A program made the translations under genes and the position numbers. 64,000 bases of DNA, taken from assembly GCA_947629025.1 (NCBI GenBank), contig CANRCC010000001.1:20955-84954 (forward strand), in the 5' to 3' direction. Within the stretch, counting starts at the first letter, position 1. Every line of letters starts with the position of its first letter. This stretch comes from an uncultured Bacilli bacterium (lineage in GTDB: Bacteria > Bacillota_I > Bacilli_A > RF39 > UBA660). The notes under the pieces were generated by a model that was given only the letters and a program-made list of their open reading frames with translations, did no database searches and was not told the DNA's origin. This document shows, piece by piece, positions 20,987-30,838 of the stretch.

Positions 20987-21514
20987 CTATTCTGTTTCTA
21001 TAATTCCATAATTTCCATCTTTTCTTTTATATAATACATTTATATTACCAGTATTTACATCTTTATATACAAAGAATGTATGACCTAACATATTCATTTG
21101 AATTATTGCCTCTTCTTCATCAATTGGTTTTAATTCAACTGTTTTTCTCTTAACTATAGTCTCATCTTCTTCATATTCATCTTCAAGATCTAATGCAAAA
21201 TCCTTTATAAATGTCTTATTAATTCTAGCATTTATTTTATCCTTATTTTTTCTTATTTGTCTTTCTAGTTTATCTACTATAGTATCAATAGCAGCATATA
21301 AATCTTCATTTGTTTCTTCATTTCTAAGAGTGAAATGTTTTGTTGGTATAGTAACTTCAATTGTTTGAAGTCTACCATTTAATTTAGTAACAACTGTTGC
21401 TTCAATATTGTCTGATTCTCCAAAATACTTATCAAGTCTATTTAATTTTGATTCGATATAATCCTTTATGGATTCAGTATTATCCATTTTCTGACTTCTA
21501 ATAATATATTTCAA
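20987..21514 (-). CDS. hpf: Ribosome hibernation promoting factor (long HPF/YvyD)
   Basis: KYIIRSQKMDNTESIKDYIESKLNRLDKYF aligns with the YvyD N-terminus, and the long-form C-terminal dimerisation domain is present. ORF-track ATG (21532) has its AGGAG after it; a TTG 8 nt downstream of that SD (21514) is the likelier start. Confidence 0.8.
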   Translation of the reverse strand: MKYIIRSQKMDNTESIKDYIESKLNRLDKYFGESDNIEATVVTKLNGRLQTIEVTIPTKHFTLRNEETNEDLYAAIDTIVDKLERQIRKNKDKINARINKTFIKDFALDLEDEYEEDETIVKRKTVELKPIDEEEAIIQMNMLGHTFFVYKDVNTGNINVLYKRKDGNYGIIETE

Positions 21515-21560
21515 AATATCATCTCCTTTCATAAATTATAACACAAAACTAAAAAAACTA

Positions 21561-21788
21561 CTACACAATAGCAGTTAATTCTTTTTCGTTTACAGTTCTA
21601 ACATTTGTAGCTTGTAAACCTTTTTCGGTTTTTATTAAATCAAATTCTACGACTTGACCTTCTGATAAAGTTTTATATCCATCTTGTTTAATAGCTGTAT
21701 AATGAACAAATATATCTTCATCTACAGATCCATTAATGAATCCATATCCTTTCTCATTATTAAACCACTTTATTATTCCTTTTGACAT
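21561..21788 (-). CDS. Cold-shock protein (CspA family)
   Basis: RNP1/RNP2 motifs KGIIKWFNNEKGYGFI and DIFVHYTAI. Confidence 0.9.
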   Translation of the reverse strand: MSKGIIKWFNNEKGYGFINGSVDEDIFVHYTAIKQDGYKTLSEGQVVEFDLIKTEKGLQATNVRTVNEKELTAIV

Positions 21789-22100
21789 TTTTATTCCTCC
21801 TTCTTATGCCTTACATTAATAATATAACTCGTCAATATGTCTCATTCAAGAAAAATCAGTCCCAAAATTACGACATTTTTTTCATAAGTGACATATAAAA
21901 TTTTAACATTTAAATATAAATTTGGATTAATTTTCAAATTTATTGTCAATTTATTATGAAATTTAGCATATTTTTTTCTACTTTTTTAAAATTTATGAGT
22001 TAAAAACACATAATATTTATTAAATTATCATTATTTTTTTATTTATATAATTACAATGTTATTATTATTTTGGGTAATTATTGTAGTAAGGGGTGATTTT

Positions 22101-22706
22101 ATGAAAGAATCAATTCTTAACAACTGTTTAAGAATGGTTAATGAATATAATCCAAACATGTCTCAAAAACAAAAAGATAAAATTAAGTATGGTTTAGAAG
22201 GATTGTACTTAACAATAACAAAACTTGTAATTATTACTATTGTTGCAATTTGTCTTGGAATATTTAAAGAATATATTATGTTAATATTAGCATTTAATGG
22301 AATTAGATTATTTAGTTTTGGTGTCCATGCTAAAAAAAGTTCACACTGTTTAATATCTTCACTCATATTCTTTATAACATTTCCTATAATTTGCAAAAAT
22401 ATTGTAATACCAACAATTTATAAAAAAATATTATTCTTACCCCTTATAATTATAATTGGTATATTTTCACCAGCAGATACCCAAAAGAGACCATTAAAAA
22501 GAAAAAGTAGGAGAATAATATATAAGATATTATCAATTATAGTTGCGACTTTATATATGTCATTATCAATAATTATAAAAGATAATACAATAAGCAATTG
22601 TTTAATTTTTGCATTAATTATACAAATAATAATAATTTTGCCTATAACATATAAATTATTTGGTGTTACATACAATAATTATAAAAATTATGAGGTTAAA
22701 TGTTAA
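22101..22706 (+). CDS. agrB: Accessory gene regulator B (AgrB) peptidase/exporter
   Basis: Polytopic; conserved AgrB motif IRLFSFGVHAKKSSHC (catalytic His and Cys spaced 6 residues apart). Start moved to MKESILNN at 22101, which has an AAGGGG SD; the track start (22056) lacks one. Confidence 0.8.
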   Translation: MKESILNNCLRMVNEYNPNMSQKQKDKIKYGLEGLYLTITKLVIITIVAICLGIFKEYIMLILAFNGIRLFSFGVHAKKSSHCLISSLIFFITFPIICKNIVIPTIYKKILFLPLIIIIGIFSPADTQKRPLKRKSRRIIYKILSIIVATLYMSLSIIIKDNTISNCLIFALIIQIIIILPITYKLFGVTYNNYKNYEVKC

Positions 22707-22730
22707 CCGTATAGAAAGGAGGATTTAATA

Positions 22731-22850
22731 GTGAAAAAATTATTAGTTTCTGCTTTAGTTGCAATTGGATCTGCAATTGGAACTGCTGCAACAATGGGAT
22801 GCATAATTTTTATGTTCGATGAACCTGAAATGCCTGAATCATTAGATTAA
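22731..22850 (+). CDS. agrD: Autoinducing peptide precursor AgrD (39 aa), not in ORF track
   Basis: GTG start 8 nt after AAAGGAGG. MKKLLVSALVAIGSAIGTAATMGCIIFMFDEPEMPESLD: N-terminal amphipathic helix, Cys-containing core (CIIFM/F) and acidic C-terminal tail (DEPEMPESLD), as in AgrD precursors. Sits 24 nt after agrB. Confidence 0.65.
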   Translation: MKKLLVSALVAIGSAIGTAATMGCIIFMFDEPEMPESLD

Positions 22851-22883
22851 AAACAATAGAAAAATATCTCTATTGTTTTTTTA
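22850..22883. terminator. Bidirectional terminator between convergent agrD and agrC
   Basis: Nine-bp stem aacaataga/tctattgtt with 8-nt loop, A-run upstream and T7 downstream. Overlaps both stop codons. Confidence 0.5.
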
Positions 22884-24188
22884 TTTTAAATCTATAATAA
22901 TTGTTTGTTTAAACATTTCTTTTTCTATTCCACTAAATGTTTCAATTTTATTATTCTTTTTTGAAATGTCCTTAACTATTGATAAACCAAATCCATGACC
23001 AATTCCTTTTGTTGTAAATCCTTTACTACCTATTTTATTTATATCAGCATCTTTTGAAAATGTATTACTTATAGTAACAATTAAATAATCTTTATCTTTT
23101 TTCATATCAATTTCTATCTCTTTTTGTTCTGCATTTTTTGATGCATCTATTGCATTGTCTAAAAATACACCAAATAATTTTGTTATATCACTATACGTAT
23201 TTACATCAAATTTTGTTTCAAATATATCTTTTACATTTTTATCTATATATAAATATGGTTTAATATTATTTTCTTCCATTCTACTTAATTTATGATATAT
23301 CAAACCTTTAATTCCACCATCTGGAAAATAACTTAATTGTTCTATTGTATAATTTTTGCCACCTTTATGTTCTTTAATAATAGCTTCTAGATATTCTTTT
23401 AGTTTCTTTTTATTATCTATGTATCCGTTTAAAACCATTAACTGATTATTAAATTCATGATTCTTTTTACCTTGTTCATTTATTATCTTTTCATATTTTG
23501 AAACATATTCCATCATTTCTTTATATTGAGATTCAATTTTATCTTTTGTTATTTTATTATATAAGATAACTATACTTACAATTATTACAAATATTAACAT
23601 AATAAAGTTTAAATAATACAAAATATTTCTTTTATAATTAAGAAAATTATTTGCAACTAGTAATAGTAACATAAATATTGTAATCAAAACATAAAGTATT
23701 GTAAATTTATCATTTGTAAACTTTGATTCATACTTCTTGAAAGTTGAAATTATAATTGATATTTTTGATACAATATATGCAATAATACAATTTAAAATAC
23801 TAAATATCAATGTAGAATATTCAAAATTAACATAATTTTCCATTGAATACAACTTTGTTGTCAATAAAATTAAACTTATTACTATTTCAGAAACACCTCC
23901 TATCACTATATAAATAGAAGAATAATAAATAGATTTATTTAAATTTCTATCAAACAAAAATTGATAACTACATAAACATATAGATACCATCGTAAATATT
24001 AATTTATATATATCTTTAAATATAGTTACACTACTAACTACCAATATAAATAAAGATACAACAAAACAAATAAAACTTTTTAAACTTTTATTTATTCCGC
24101 TAATGTTCGTTATAACAACATATATTATTATACTACTTATCAAATCACTCAATATTAAATTTAAATTTATAGAGTTCATATACTTCAC
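22881..24188 (-). CDS. agrC: AgrC-like sensor histidine kinase (HPK10 family, GHKL ATPase)
   Basis: Six to seven N-terminal TM helices, H-box HEFNNQLMVL, ATP-lid GFTTKGIGHGFGLSIV. Confidence 0.8.
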   Translation of the reverse strand: MKYMNSINLNLILSDLISSIIIYVVITNISGINKSLKSFICFVVSLFILVVSSVTIFKDIYKLIFTMVSICLCSYQFLFDRNLNKSIYYSSIYIVIGGVSEIVISLILLTTKLYSMENYVNFEYSTLIFSILNCIIAYIVSKISIIISTFKKYESKFTNDKFTILYVLITIFMLLLLVANNFLNYKRNILYYLNFIMLIFVIIVSIVILYNKITKDKIESQYKEMMEYVSKYEKIINEQGKKNHEFNNQLMVLNGYIDNKKKLKEYLEAIIKEHKGGKNYTIEQLSYFPDGGIKGLIYHKLSRMEENNIKPYLYIDKNVKDIFETKFDVNTYSDITKLFGVFLDNAIDASKNAEQKEIEIDMKKDKDYLIVTISNTFSKDADINKIGSKGFTTKGIGHGFGLSIVKDISKKNNKIETFSGIEKEMFKQTIIIDLK

Positions 24189-24272
24189 CTACTTCATAAA
24201 ATATCTGAGTTATTTTTTTAAACTCGCTATTTAAAATTACTAAATAAAAAACGTAATAACACATAAAAAAGA

Positions 24273-25508
24273 CTAAAATACTAGTCTTTTTATTTTGTCA
24301 TTTACAGATTTCTTATGTTTTTGAATTGCTTCTTTTGAATAATTGACTTTATATGCTATATTCTCTTCTTTTATCTTTTCTATGTAATACATGTAGCATA
24401 TTTTATAATCTATATCATTTTTATTTACTACTTTTAATATTATTTCATCAAATAAATCAGTAGGCATACCTCTATATAATTTGGCTTTATTATCTTTTAC
24501 TAATTTACTTGTAAAGTATGATAATAGTATTCCTAATATAATAGGTATTAAAATTGATATTCCTATTGGAGCAGTTATTCTATTTAAACAATAATATGTT
24601 AAATTAGAAACAATAAAACAATGAAATGCATTATCTAAATGGAACGCCTTTCCAAATACTGTTTTATTAATCCAAAATGAACTTAATATAAAGATACATT
24701 CTATTACTGTATCATTTAGTTTAGCAATTAATAGTACAACAAATACTGTAAAGATATTCCATAATAATGATAATATTGTAAATAAAATTATTTCAAATTT
24801 TTCTTGTTTGTTCTTATTTGAAAATTCTGCTAGATATTTTTTTAACTGCTTTAGTGATAAAGTCTGTTTTTGCAAAGATGAACCAGCTTCCACCTGGAAT
24901 ATGCATCTAAAATCAACTCCTTTCATAAGCCATAACTTATAACATATTAATAACATAATTAGATAATCAAGATTCAAAATAATATTTGGTATAAAATCAT
25001 TTATATATTTATTTTGATACTTGTATCTTGTTACTGATGATAAAAATTGAATTATTATATTAAAAGTTATAACAAAGATAAATCTTATAGTTAACTTTGA
25101 TAATTTCATCTTATTTATTTTATTAACTTTATTATAGATAATAGATAACACATATAAATATACTAGTTCAATAATTGCAGTAACAAAATTTTGAATAAGA
25201 ATGTCCTTGGTGTACTGAATTATTAATGTAAACGGAATAGTCATAATTGTATAAATTTTAATTTTTTTAGAATTATCATCGCATATAATTGATAACATTA
25301 AATATTGATACACCATTATTAAAGAAAAATATAAAATATCTCTTAAGTATAAATTTTTAAATAAAGATTCTAATTTTATCATTGTAGGATTATTTATGCT
25401 TATGCCAAAATAGTCTAACCCTACTATCTTAAGTATAAATATTAAAAATAGTATAAAAACGTAAGTTGATAGTGTTCTTGATAAAATTTTATCTATATCC
25501 TTTTTCAT
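24273..25508 (-). CDS. Polytopic membrane protein of unknown function inside the agr-like operon (possible AgrB-like His/Cys motif)
   Basis: About 10 predicted TM segments. FGKAFHLDNAFHC resembles the AgrB F-G-x-H...C spacing. Start set to MKKDIDKI (25508, GGTGAG 6 nt upstream) rather than the over-extended track start 25547. Confidence 0.45.
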   Translation of the reverse strand: MKKDIDKILSRTLSTYVFILFLIFILKIVGLDYFGISINNPTMIKLESLFKNLYLRDILYFSLIMVYQYLMLSIICDDNSKKIKIYTIMTIPFTLIIQYTKDILIQNFVTAIIELVYLYVLSIIYNKVNKINKMKLSKLTIRFIFVITFNIIIQFLSSVTRYKYQNKYINDFIPNIILNLDYLIMLLICYKLWLMKGVDFRCIFQVEAGSSLQKQTLSLKQLKKYLAEFSNKNKQEKFEIILFTILSLLWNIFTVFVVLLIAKLNDTVIECIFILSSFWINKTVFGKAFHLDNAFHCFIVSNLTYYCLNRITAPIGISILIPIILGILLSYFTSKLVKDNKAKLYRGMPTDLFDEIILKVVNKNDIDYKICYMYYIEKIKEENIAYKVNYSKEAIQKHKKSVNDKIKRLVF

Positions 25509-25547
25509 ATTATACTCACCACACCTTATTTTTATTGTTAGTATCAA

Positions 25548-26171
25548 TTAAATGGATATATTATTTATAATAGTTGTATTAATAATACAATTATCTTTTT
25601 TTTGAAATCTTTCATCTAGCTCTTTAACAAATGAGACTAATGGTTTATTTACTTTATATTCTTCTTTTTTGGTTTTTATTATAGTTTTTCTTATTTTATT
25701 ATCATATTGAAGACTTATGATATCATCAAAATTTATATTTATAAGATCTGATCCTATCTTAATTTGCAACATTTTTGTATTTGGAATTTCATTTAATATA
25801 TGACTTATGACTCTTTGCATATTTTTTTCGTATTCATCAAACTTCGATATAAAATCAAATATTAATAATTTTGATTTAAGTGTATATGGTAAATATTCTG
25901 TATGTGCTGTTGATATCACTATGAAACTTTTTAAATCATTTTTTCTTATTTCTCTTGCTATTTCAATACCTGATTTATCTTCTAATTCTATATCTAATAT
26001 ATATATTTTAAATTCTTCTTTTGCATTTATTACATTTTGCAATTCTTCATCATAATTCTTAAATGGATATATTCTATAATTTAAATTATTATTAAACATT
26101 GTCTTATTTATAATATCAATATTCTTTTGTAGTATGATACTATTATCTTCGCAAATAATAAAATTTATCAT
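25548..26171 (-). CDS. agrA: LytTR-family response regulator (AgrA-like)
   Basis: N-terminal receiver (IICEDN..., phospho-acceptor Asp in ILDIELED) + C-terminal LytTR-like DNA-binding region. 207 aa. Confidence 0.7.
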   Translation of the reverse strand: MINFIICEDNSIILQKNIDIINKTMFNNNLNYRIYPFKNYDEELQNVINAKEEFKIYILDIELEDKSGIEIAREIRKNDLKSFIVISTAHTEYLPYTLKSKLLIFDFISKFDEYEKNMQRVISHILNEIPNTKMLQIKIGSDLININFDDIISLQYDNKIRKTIIKTKKEEYKVNKPLVSFVKELDERFQKKDNCIINTTIINNISI

Positions 26172-26265
26172 ATATCTATTCTCCTAACTAACATAAGAAT
26201 TATATCATAAAATTGGTAAAATTTTACAATTTTTGACAATATGTAAACAAAAAAAGATTTTCTAA

Positions 26266-27336
26266 TTATTTTTTATCAGAAAATCTCTTTTGAAACTCTT
26301 CTTTTATTTGCTTTCTATCAAATAGAATGTCTGTTGTTAACACAAACCAAACTATAATTACTAACAAGAATGCATATATTATTTGTCCTAATTCTTTATT
26401 TCTAAGTACATATACAATAGATGCAAATGAAAATAATATGTTAATTGCATATATTATAAGTACTGTTTTAACTTTACTTGAAGTTCTTTGTAATATTTGA
26501 TGATGTAAATGTTTATTATCTCCCTCTGTAGGTGATTCTCCTTTTAATAATCTTCTAAGTATTGCAAATAATGTATCTAATATTGGAATAGCTAGTATAA
26601 GTACTGGAACTATAAATGATGTTAATGTAACGTTTTTAAATCCTAATAATGATATTACTGCAATTATATATCCTAAAAACATTGAACCACTATTACCTAA
26701 AAATATTTTTGCTGGATAAAAATTATGTATTAGGAAACCTAGAGTTGATCCTATCATTATTAATGATAATGAAGCATCAAGTCCATTATATATTCCTGTA
26801 CCATGAATTATTATTGATATAGTTATAAAGAATATTGTTGCAATTCCTCCAGCTAGTCCATCTAATCCATCTATAAAATTCATACAGTTTACTACAGACA
26901 TTATAAATAATATCGTTAAAGGTTTTGCAAATATACCAAAATCTATATAAATTCCATATGCTGATACATCTTGTAAAACTATACCACCATAATATACAAC
27001 TATTATTGATGCAACTATTTGACCAATAAATTGTGTTGAAGCTGGTAATCTTTTTACATCATCAAATAAACCAAATATTAATATTACTATACCACCAATT
27101 AATATTGATATCATTTGAGGAGTTTGACTACCAAATAACATATAACCAAGTAAGAATCCAAAAAATATTGCTATTCCTCCTAATTTTGGAGTTATTTTAG
27201 TATGAATATGTCTTCCTCCTGGTATATCTACTGCTCCTATATGTACTGCAATTTTCTTAAAAAATGGAACTATAAGTGCAACAAATACAAAAACAATTCC
27301 TATTATTTTTAAATTTCCTAGTAAATCACTACTCAT
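26266..27336 (-). CDS. Glycosyltransferase family 4 polyprenyl-phosphate N-acetylhexosamine-1-phosphate transferase (WecA/TagO/MraY superfamily)
   Basis: DD motif GLFDDVKRL, NxxNxxDGxDGL motif VVNCMNFIDGLDGLAGG, 10-11 TM helices. Confidence 0.8.
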   Translation of the reverse strand: MSSDLLGNLKIIGIVFVFVALIVPFFKKIAVHIGAVDIPGGRHIHTKITPKLGGIAIFFGFLLGYMLFGSQTPQMISILIGGIVILIFGLFDDVKRLPASTQFIGQIVASIIVVYYGGIVLQDVSAYGIYIDFGIFAKPLTILFIMSVVNCMNFIDGLDGLAGGIATIFFITISIIIHGTGIYNGLDASLSLIMIGSTLGFLIHNFYPAKIFLGNSGSMFLGYIIAVISLLGFKNVTLTSFIVPVLILAIPILDTLFAILRRLLKGESPTEGDNKHLHHQILQRTSSKVKTVLIIYAINILFSFASIVYVLRNKELGQIIYAFLLVIIVWFVLTTDILFDRKQIKEEFQKRFSDKK

Positions 27337-27388
27337 TTTACCACCTACTTAAATTATATCATATAAATTAAAAAAACAAGTATTAAAC

Positions 27389-28378
27389 TTATTTTTCTAA
27401 TAATTTTATATTATCTAACATTATTGCTGTACCATCTACTACACATGTTAAAGGTGATTCTGCTAAACTAATTGGAACTTTTAATTCTTCTTCTAAAAGT
27501 TTATCTATTCCATTTAATAATGCTCCACCACCTGTTACTACTATACCTTTATTGACTATATCTGCTGAAAGTTCAGGTGGTGTTTCTTCTAATACACTTT
27601 TTGCTGCATATACAATTTTATAAATACTTTCTTTTAATGCTTCTTGAACTTCTTTTGATGTTATAGTTATACTATTTGGTAAACCTGTTACTAAATCTCT
27701 TCCTCTTATAGATTTTTTCTCTTTTTTTGAATCTTGATATACTGTACCTATTTCTATTTTAATTTCTTCTGCTGTTCTTTCTCCAATAAGTAATTTATAT
27801 TTATTTTTTACATATTTAATTATTTCTTGATCAAATAAGTCTCCTGCATTTCTTATTGATTTACTTGTTACTATATCACCCAATGACAATATAGCAATAT
27901 CTGTTGTACCTCCACCAATATCTATTACCATACTTGCTTCAGGGGCAGATATATCTAAACCTGCTCCTACTGCTGCTACTTTTGGTTCTTCTTCTACAAA
28001 TACTTTTTTTGCACCTTGTACTTCTGCTGCTTCTTTTATTGCATTTCTTTCAACTTGAGTTATATTTGATGGACAACATATTAATATTCTAGGTTTTGAA
28101 AATGTACCTTTTCCTTTTACCTTTTTTAAAAATGCATTTAACATTGCTTCAGTTAATTCAAAATCAGCAATTACTCCATCTTTTAATGGTCTTACTGCTT
28201 TTACTTTTCCTGGTGTTCTACCAAGCATTTTATGTGCTTCTTCACCAACTGCTAATATTTCTTTTGTTTCTGCGCTTATTGCTACTACACTAGGTTCATT
28301 AAGAACAATACCTTGTCCTTTTACATATATTAAAACATTTGCTGTACCTAGGTCTATTCCAATATCTTTACTTAACAA
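27389..28378 (-). CDS. mreB: Rod-shape determining actin homolog MreB/Mbl
   Basis: Phosphate-1 DLGTANVLIY, DIGGGTTD, VVTGGGALL. Confidence 0.9.
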   Translation of the reverse strand: MLSKDIGIDLGTANVLIYVKGQGIVLNEPSVVAISAETKEILAVGEEAHKMLGRTPGKVKAVRPLKDGVIADFELTEAMLNAFLKKVKGKGTFSKPRILICCPSNITQVERNAIKEAAEVQGAKKVFVEEEPKVAAVGAGLDISAPEASMVIDIGGGTTDIAILSLGDIVTSKSIRNAGDLFDQEIIKYVKNKYKLLIGERTAEEIKIEIGTVYQDSKKEKKSIRGRDLVTGLPNSITITSKEVQEALKESIYKIVYAAKSVLEETPPELSADIVNKGIVVTGGGALLNGIDKLLEEELKVPISLAESPLTCVVDGTAIMLDNIKLLEK

Positions 28379-28382
28379 GATA

Positions 28383-28649
28383 TCATCCCTTTCTTAAATT
28401 TTTATATTTTATTTTTGTGGCATTTCCTCCGTTTATATGTCTTATCATAGTATGATAGTCAAGTATTTCTTTTACTTTTTCATATAATTTTTCATCTATA
28501 TATAATAATCTTTCATGTAAATCTTTATGAATTGTACTTTTACTTAGTTTTTTTATTTTTGCTATTTCTCTTATTGTATCTTTCGTCTTTATAATATAGT
28601 TGGCTTCTTCAATAACCCTTTTATATATTTTATTATTCAATGCTAACAC
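28383..28649 (-). CDS. spoIIID: Stage III sporulation protein D (mother-cell transcription factor)
   Basis: 88 aa. HTH LSKSTIHKDLHERL matches the SpoIIID signature. Conserved position just upstream of mreB. Confidence 0.85.
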   Translation of the reverse strand: MLALNNKIYKRVIEEANYIIKTKDTIREIAKIKKLSKSTIHKDLHERLLYIDEKLYEKVKEILDYHTMIRHINGGNATKIKYKNLRKG

Positions 28650-28693
28650 CTCTATAATAAAATATATAAGTCTATAATTTTTTTATGATTATT

Positions 28694-29335
28694 TTATAGA
28701 TCATTTACTTTTTTATCAAAATATTTTTCTGGATTGACCATTTTTCCATTATAAATAAGTTCAAACAATAATCCATTTTCTACTTGTTCACTTATTTGTA
28801 GTTTACCGCTTTTTCCTATTACATCTCCTTGTTTAACTAACTGATCTTTTTTTACATTTATTGTATTTAATCCCTCATATGTACTAATTAAATTATTTGA
28901 ATGTTTTATTTCTACAACATTACCTAGTACATCATCTTTTTTTACATCTACAACTGTTCCATCTAAAACAGAGATAACATCAAATGATTCTTGAGACATA
29001 TATAATATTCCAGAGTTTTGCATGTATGTATCATTATAATATATAATTGCATTTTGTCTATCTTCTTTGCTTCCTTCTATATCATAATATTTTTTTAATA
29101 TTTGTACTTTATCTGATATGTAAGGTTTAATTATTACTTTCTCTTCTTGAATAACTGGAATATCATTTGTAAATATACTTCCATTTACATAAGTATAATT
29201 ACTATCATCTTTTAATACTTTTTCATTTTGTACTTTATCTAATAGTACTAGTGACATTATTATTGCTGCACATGCAATTCCATATATCATTGGCATTACA
29301 AATGGTTTTAGTTTTCTTTTTTCCATATTTTTCAC
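28694..29335 (-). CDS. spoIIQ: SpoIIQ-like membrane-anchored degenerate LytM (M23) domain protein
   Basis: N-terminal TM anchor; M23 fold with zinc ligands lost (HxxxD replaced, HLHFE -> LLFEL). Synteny spoIID-spoIIQ-spoIIID-mreB as in Clostridia. Confidence 0.6.
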   Translation of the reverse strand: MKNMEKRKLKPFVMPMIYGIACAAIIMSLVLLDKVQNEKVLKDDSNYTYVNGSIFTNDIPVIQEEKVIIKPYISDKVQILKKYYDIEGSKEDRQNAIIYYNDTYMQNSGILYMSQESFDVISVLDGTVVDVKKDDVLGNVVEIKHSNNLISTYEGLNTINVKKDQLVKQGDVIGKSGKLQISEQVENGLLFELIYNGKMVNPEKYFDKKVNDL

Positions 29336-29379
29336 CTCATTTTAAGTTTGGTGATTATTTGGAAATTTATACATATTAT

Positions 29380-30315
29380 TTATAATTTTTTTATTTTTGT
29401 TCCTTGGTAATAGTATTTTAATATTTCTTCATATGTTTTATTTTGTTTGGCTAATGCATTTGCGCCATATTGACTCATTCCAACTCCATGACCATATCCT
29501 TTTGTTGTTATTGTAATGTTTTTATCATTTATTTTTATTTCAAAGTCTGTTGAACGTAATGATAATTTGTTTTGAAAGTCTCTTCCTTTAAATTCAACAC
29601 CATTAACTTTTAAACTTGATATTCTTCCTGATTCTGTTTTATTTATATCTGTTATATTTAAAGTTTCTGAATAATCTAATTGTAATTTTTGATAAAATTC
29701 TTGCATACTAAATTCTTTAGTACTTAAAAAAGAGCTTGTTTCGTTTTCATCAAAACTGCTATCAACTACTTTTAAGTATGGTAAATCTTGTCCAAAAACA
29801 TTTTTATTGTCCTCTGTTTTTCCATTGCTTGTAGAAAAGAAGAAAGCATATATTATTTTATCATCATATGTAATATATTCACCTTGTGTATCTAATACGC
29901 ATTTTTTTATTTTATTAATATTCTCTTCATAATTATCTTTCCATTTTTCTTTTAATTTATAATCATCTTGATATACTTGACTCATAACATCATCTGTTAC
30001 ATCATATTCTCTATTTTTACTATTTTCAATTTGTTTCATAGCATATGTACGTGCTGCGACAGCTTGGGCTTTTAATGCTTCTTCTTCAAATGAAATTGGT
30101 ACTTCTGCTGAAACTACACCTATTAAATAGTCTTCCATATTCATTACTTGTATGTTTCCATCGCTTCTTTTTATTCTTACTTGTTGCTCACTCTTATTAG
30201 TATTAAATCCTGATATAATTGTCTTAATATTATAATCGAAAAAAAAATGAATTATTAAAAATGGAATACTAATTAGTATACATATTAATAATATCATTTT
30301 CTTCATAGTTATCAC
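29380..30315 (-). CDS. spoIID: Stage II sporulation protein D (lytic transglycosylase SpoIID)
   Basis: SpoIID family signature ...GYGHGVGMSQYGANALAKQ..., N-terminal TM. Confidence 0.85.
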   Translation of the reverse strand: MITMKKMILLICILISIPFLIIHFFFDYNIKTIISGFNTNKSEQQVRIKRSDGNIQVMNMEDYLIGVVSAEVPISFEEEALKAQAVAARTYAMKQIENSKNREYDVTDDVMSQVYQDDYKLKEKWKDNYEENINKIKKCVLDTQGEYITYDDKIIYAFFFSTSNGKTEDNKNVFGQDLPYLKVVDSSFDENETSSFLSTKEFSMQEFYQKLQLDYSETLNITDINKTESGRISSLKVNGVEFKGRDFQNKLSLRSTDFEIKINDKNITITTKGYGHGVGMSQYGANALAKQNKTYEEILKYYYQGTKIKKL

Positions 30316-30329
30316 CAGTAAAGTATATG

Positions 30330-30767
30330 CTAGTGATTTAATTCATATTCTTTAATTTTATCAATTCTTTTATTATGTCTATCTAAATTTGAATATGGTG
30401 TATTTATAAATTCTTCTATCATTCTAACTACTTTACTGAATTTTATATCGCTACTAAATGCTATTACATTTGCATCATTGTCATTCTTTGTTATTCTAAC
30501 ATCCTTTATAGAACATACCCTAGCGCATCTTATTCCTTTTACTTTATTACATGCAATGCTCATTCCTATTCCAGATCCACAGATTGCTATTCCTAAATCT
30601 ATTTTTTTATTATTTATACTTTCACATAACTTAAATGCATAATCTGGATAATCGATAGATTCTTTTGAATAAGTTCCTAAGTCTAAAAATTTAATATCTT
30701 TAATATTATTTATTATTTTTTTCTTTAATTCATATCCTCTATGATCAGATACTATTCCTATTTTCAT
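30330..30767 (-). CDS. rpiB: Ribose-5-phosphate isomerase B (RpiB/LacAB family)
   Basis: MKIGIVSDHRGYELKK..., catalytic Cys region GSGIGMSIACNK. Confidence 0.85.
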   Translation of the reverse strand: MKIGIVSDHRGYELKKKIINNIKDIKFLDLGTYSKESIDYPDYAFKLCESINNKKIDLGIAICGSGIGMSIACNKVKGIRCARVCSIKDVRITKNDNDANVIAFSSDIKFSKVVRMIEEFINTPYSNLDRHNKRIDKIKEYELNH

Positions 30768-30838
30768 ACTATCCCTCTATTCTAATATTTATTATAACAT
30801 AAATTAAAAAAATTAGAACTATATCTATGTCCTAATTT

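Noticed and set aside
21789-22100. Repeated aattt(att) motifs upstream of agrB as LytTR (AgrA) binding repeats
   Set aside because: The region is more than 85% AT, and such repeats occur by chance. Cannot be distinguished from background without a position weight matrix.
22163-22675. Minus-strand ORFs 22163..22396 and 22418..22675 inside agrB
   Set aside because: Antisense to a motif-supported AgrB.
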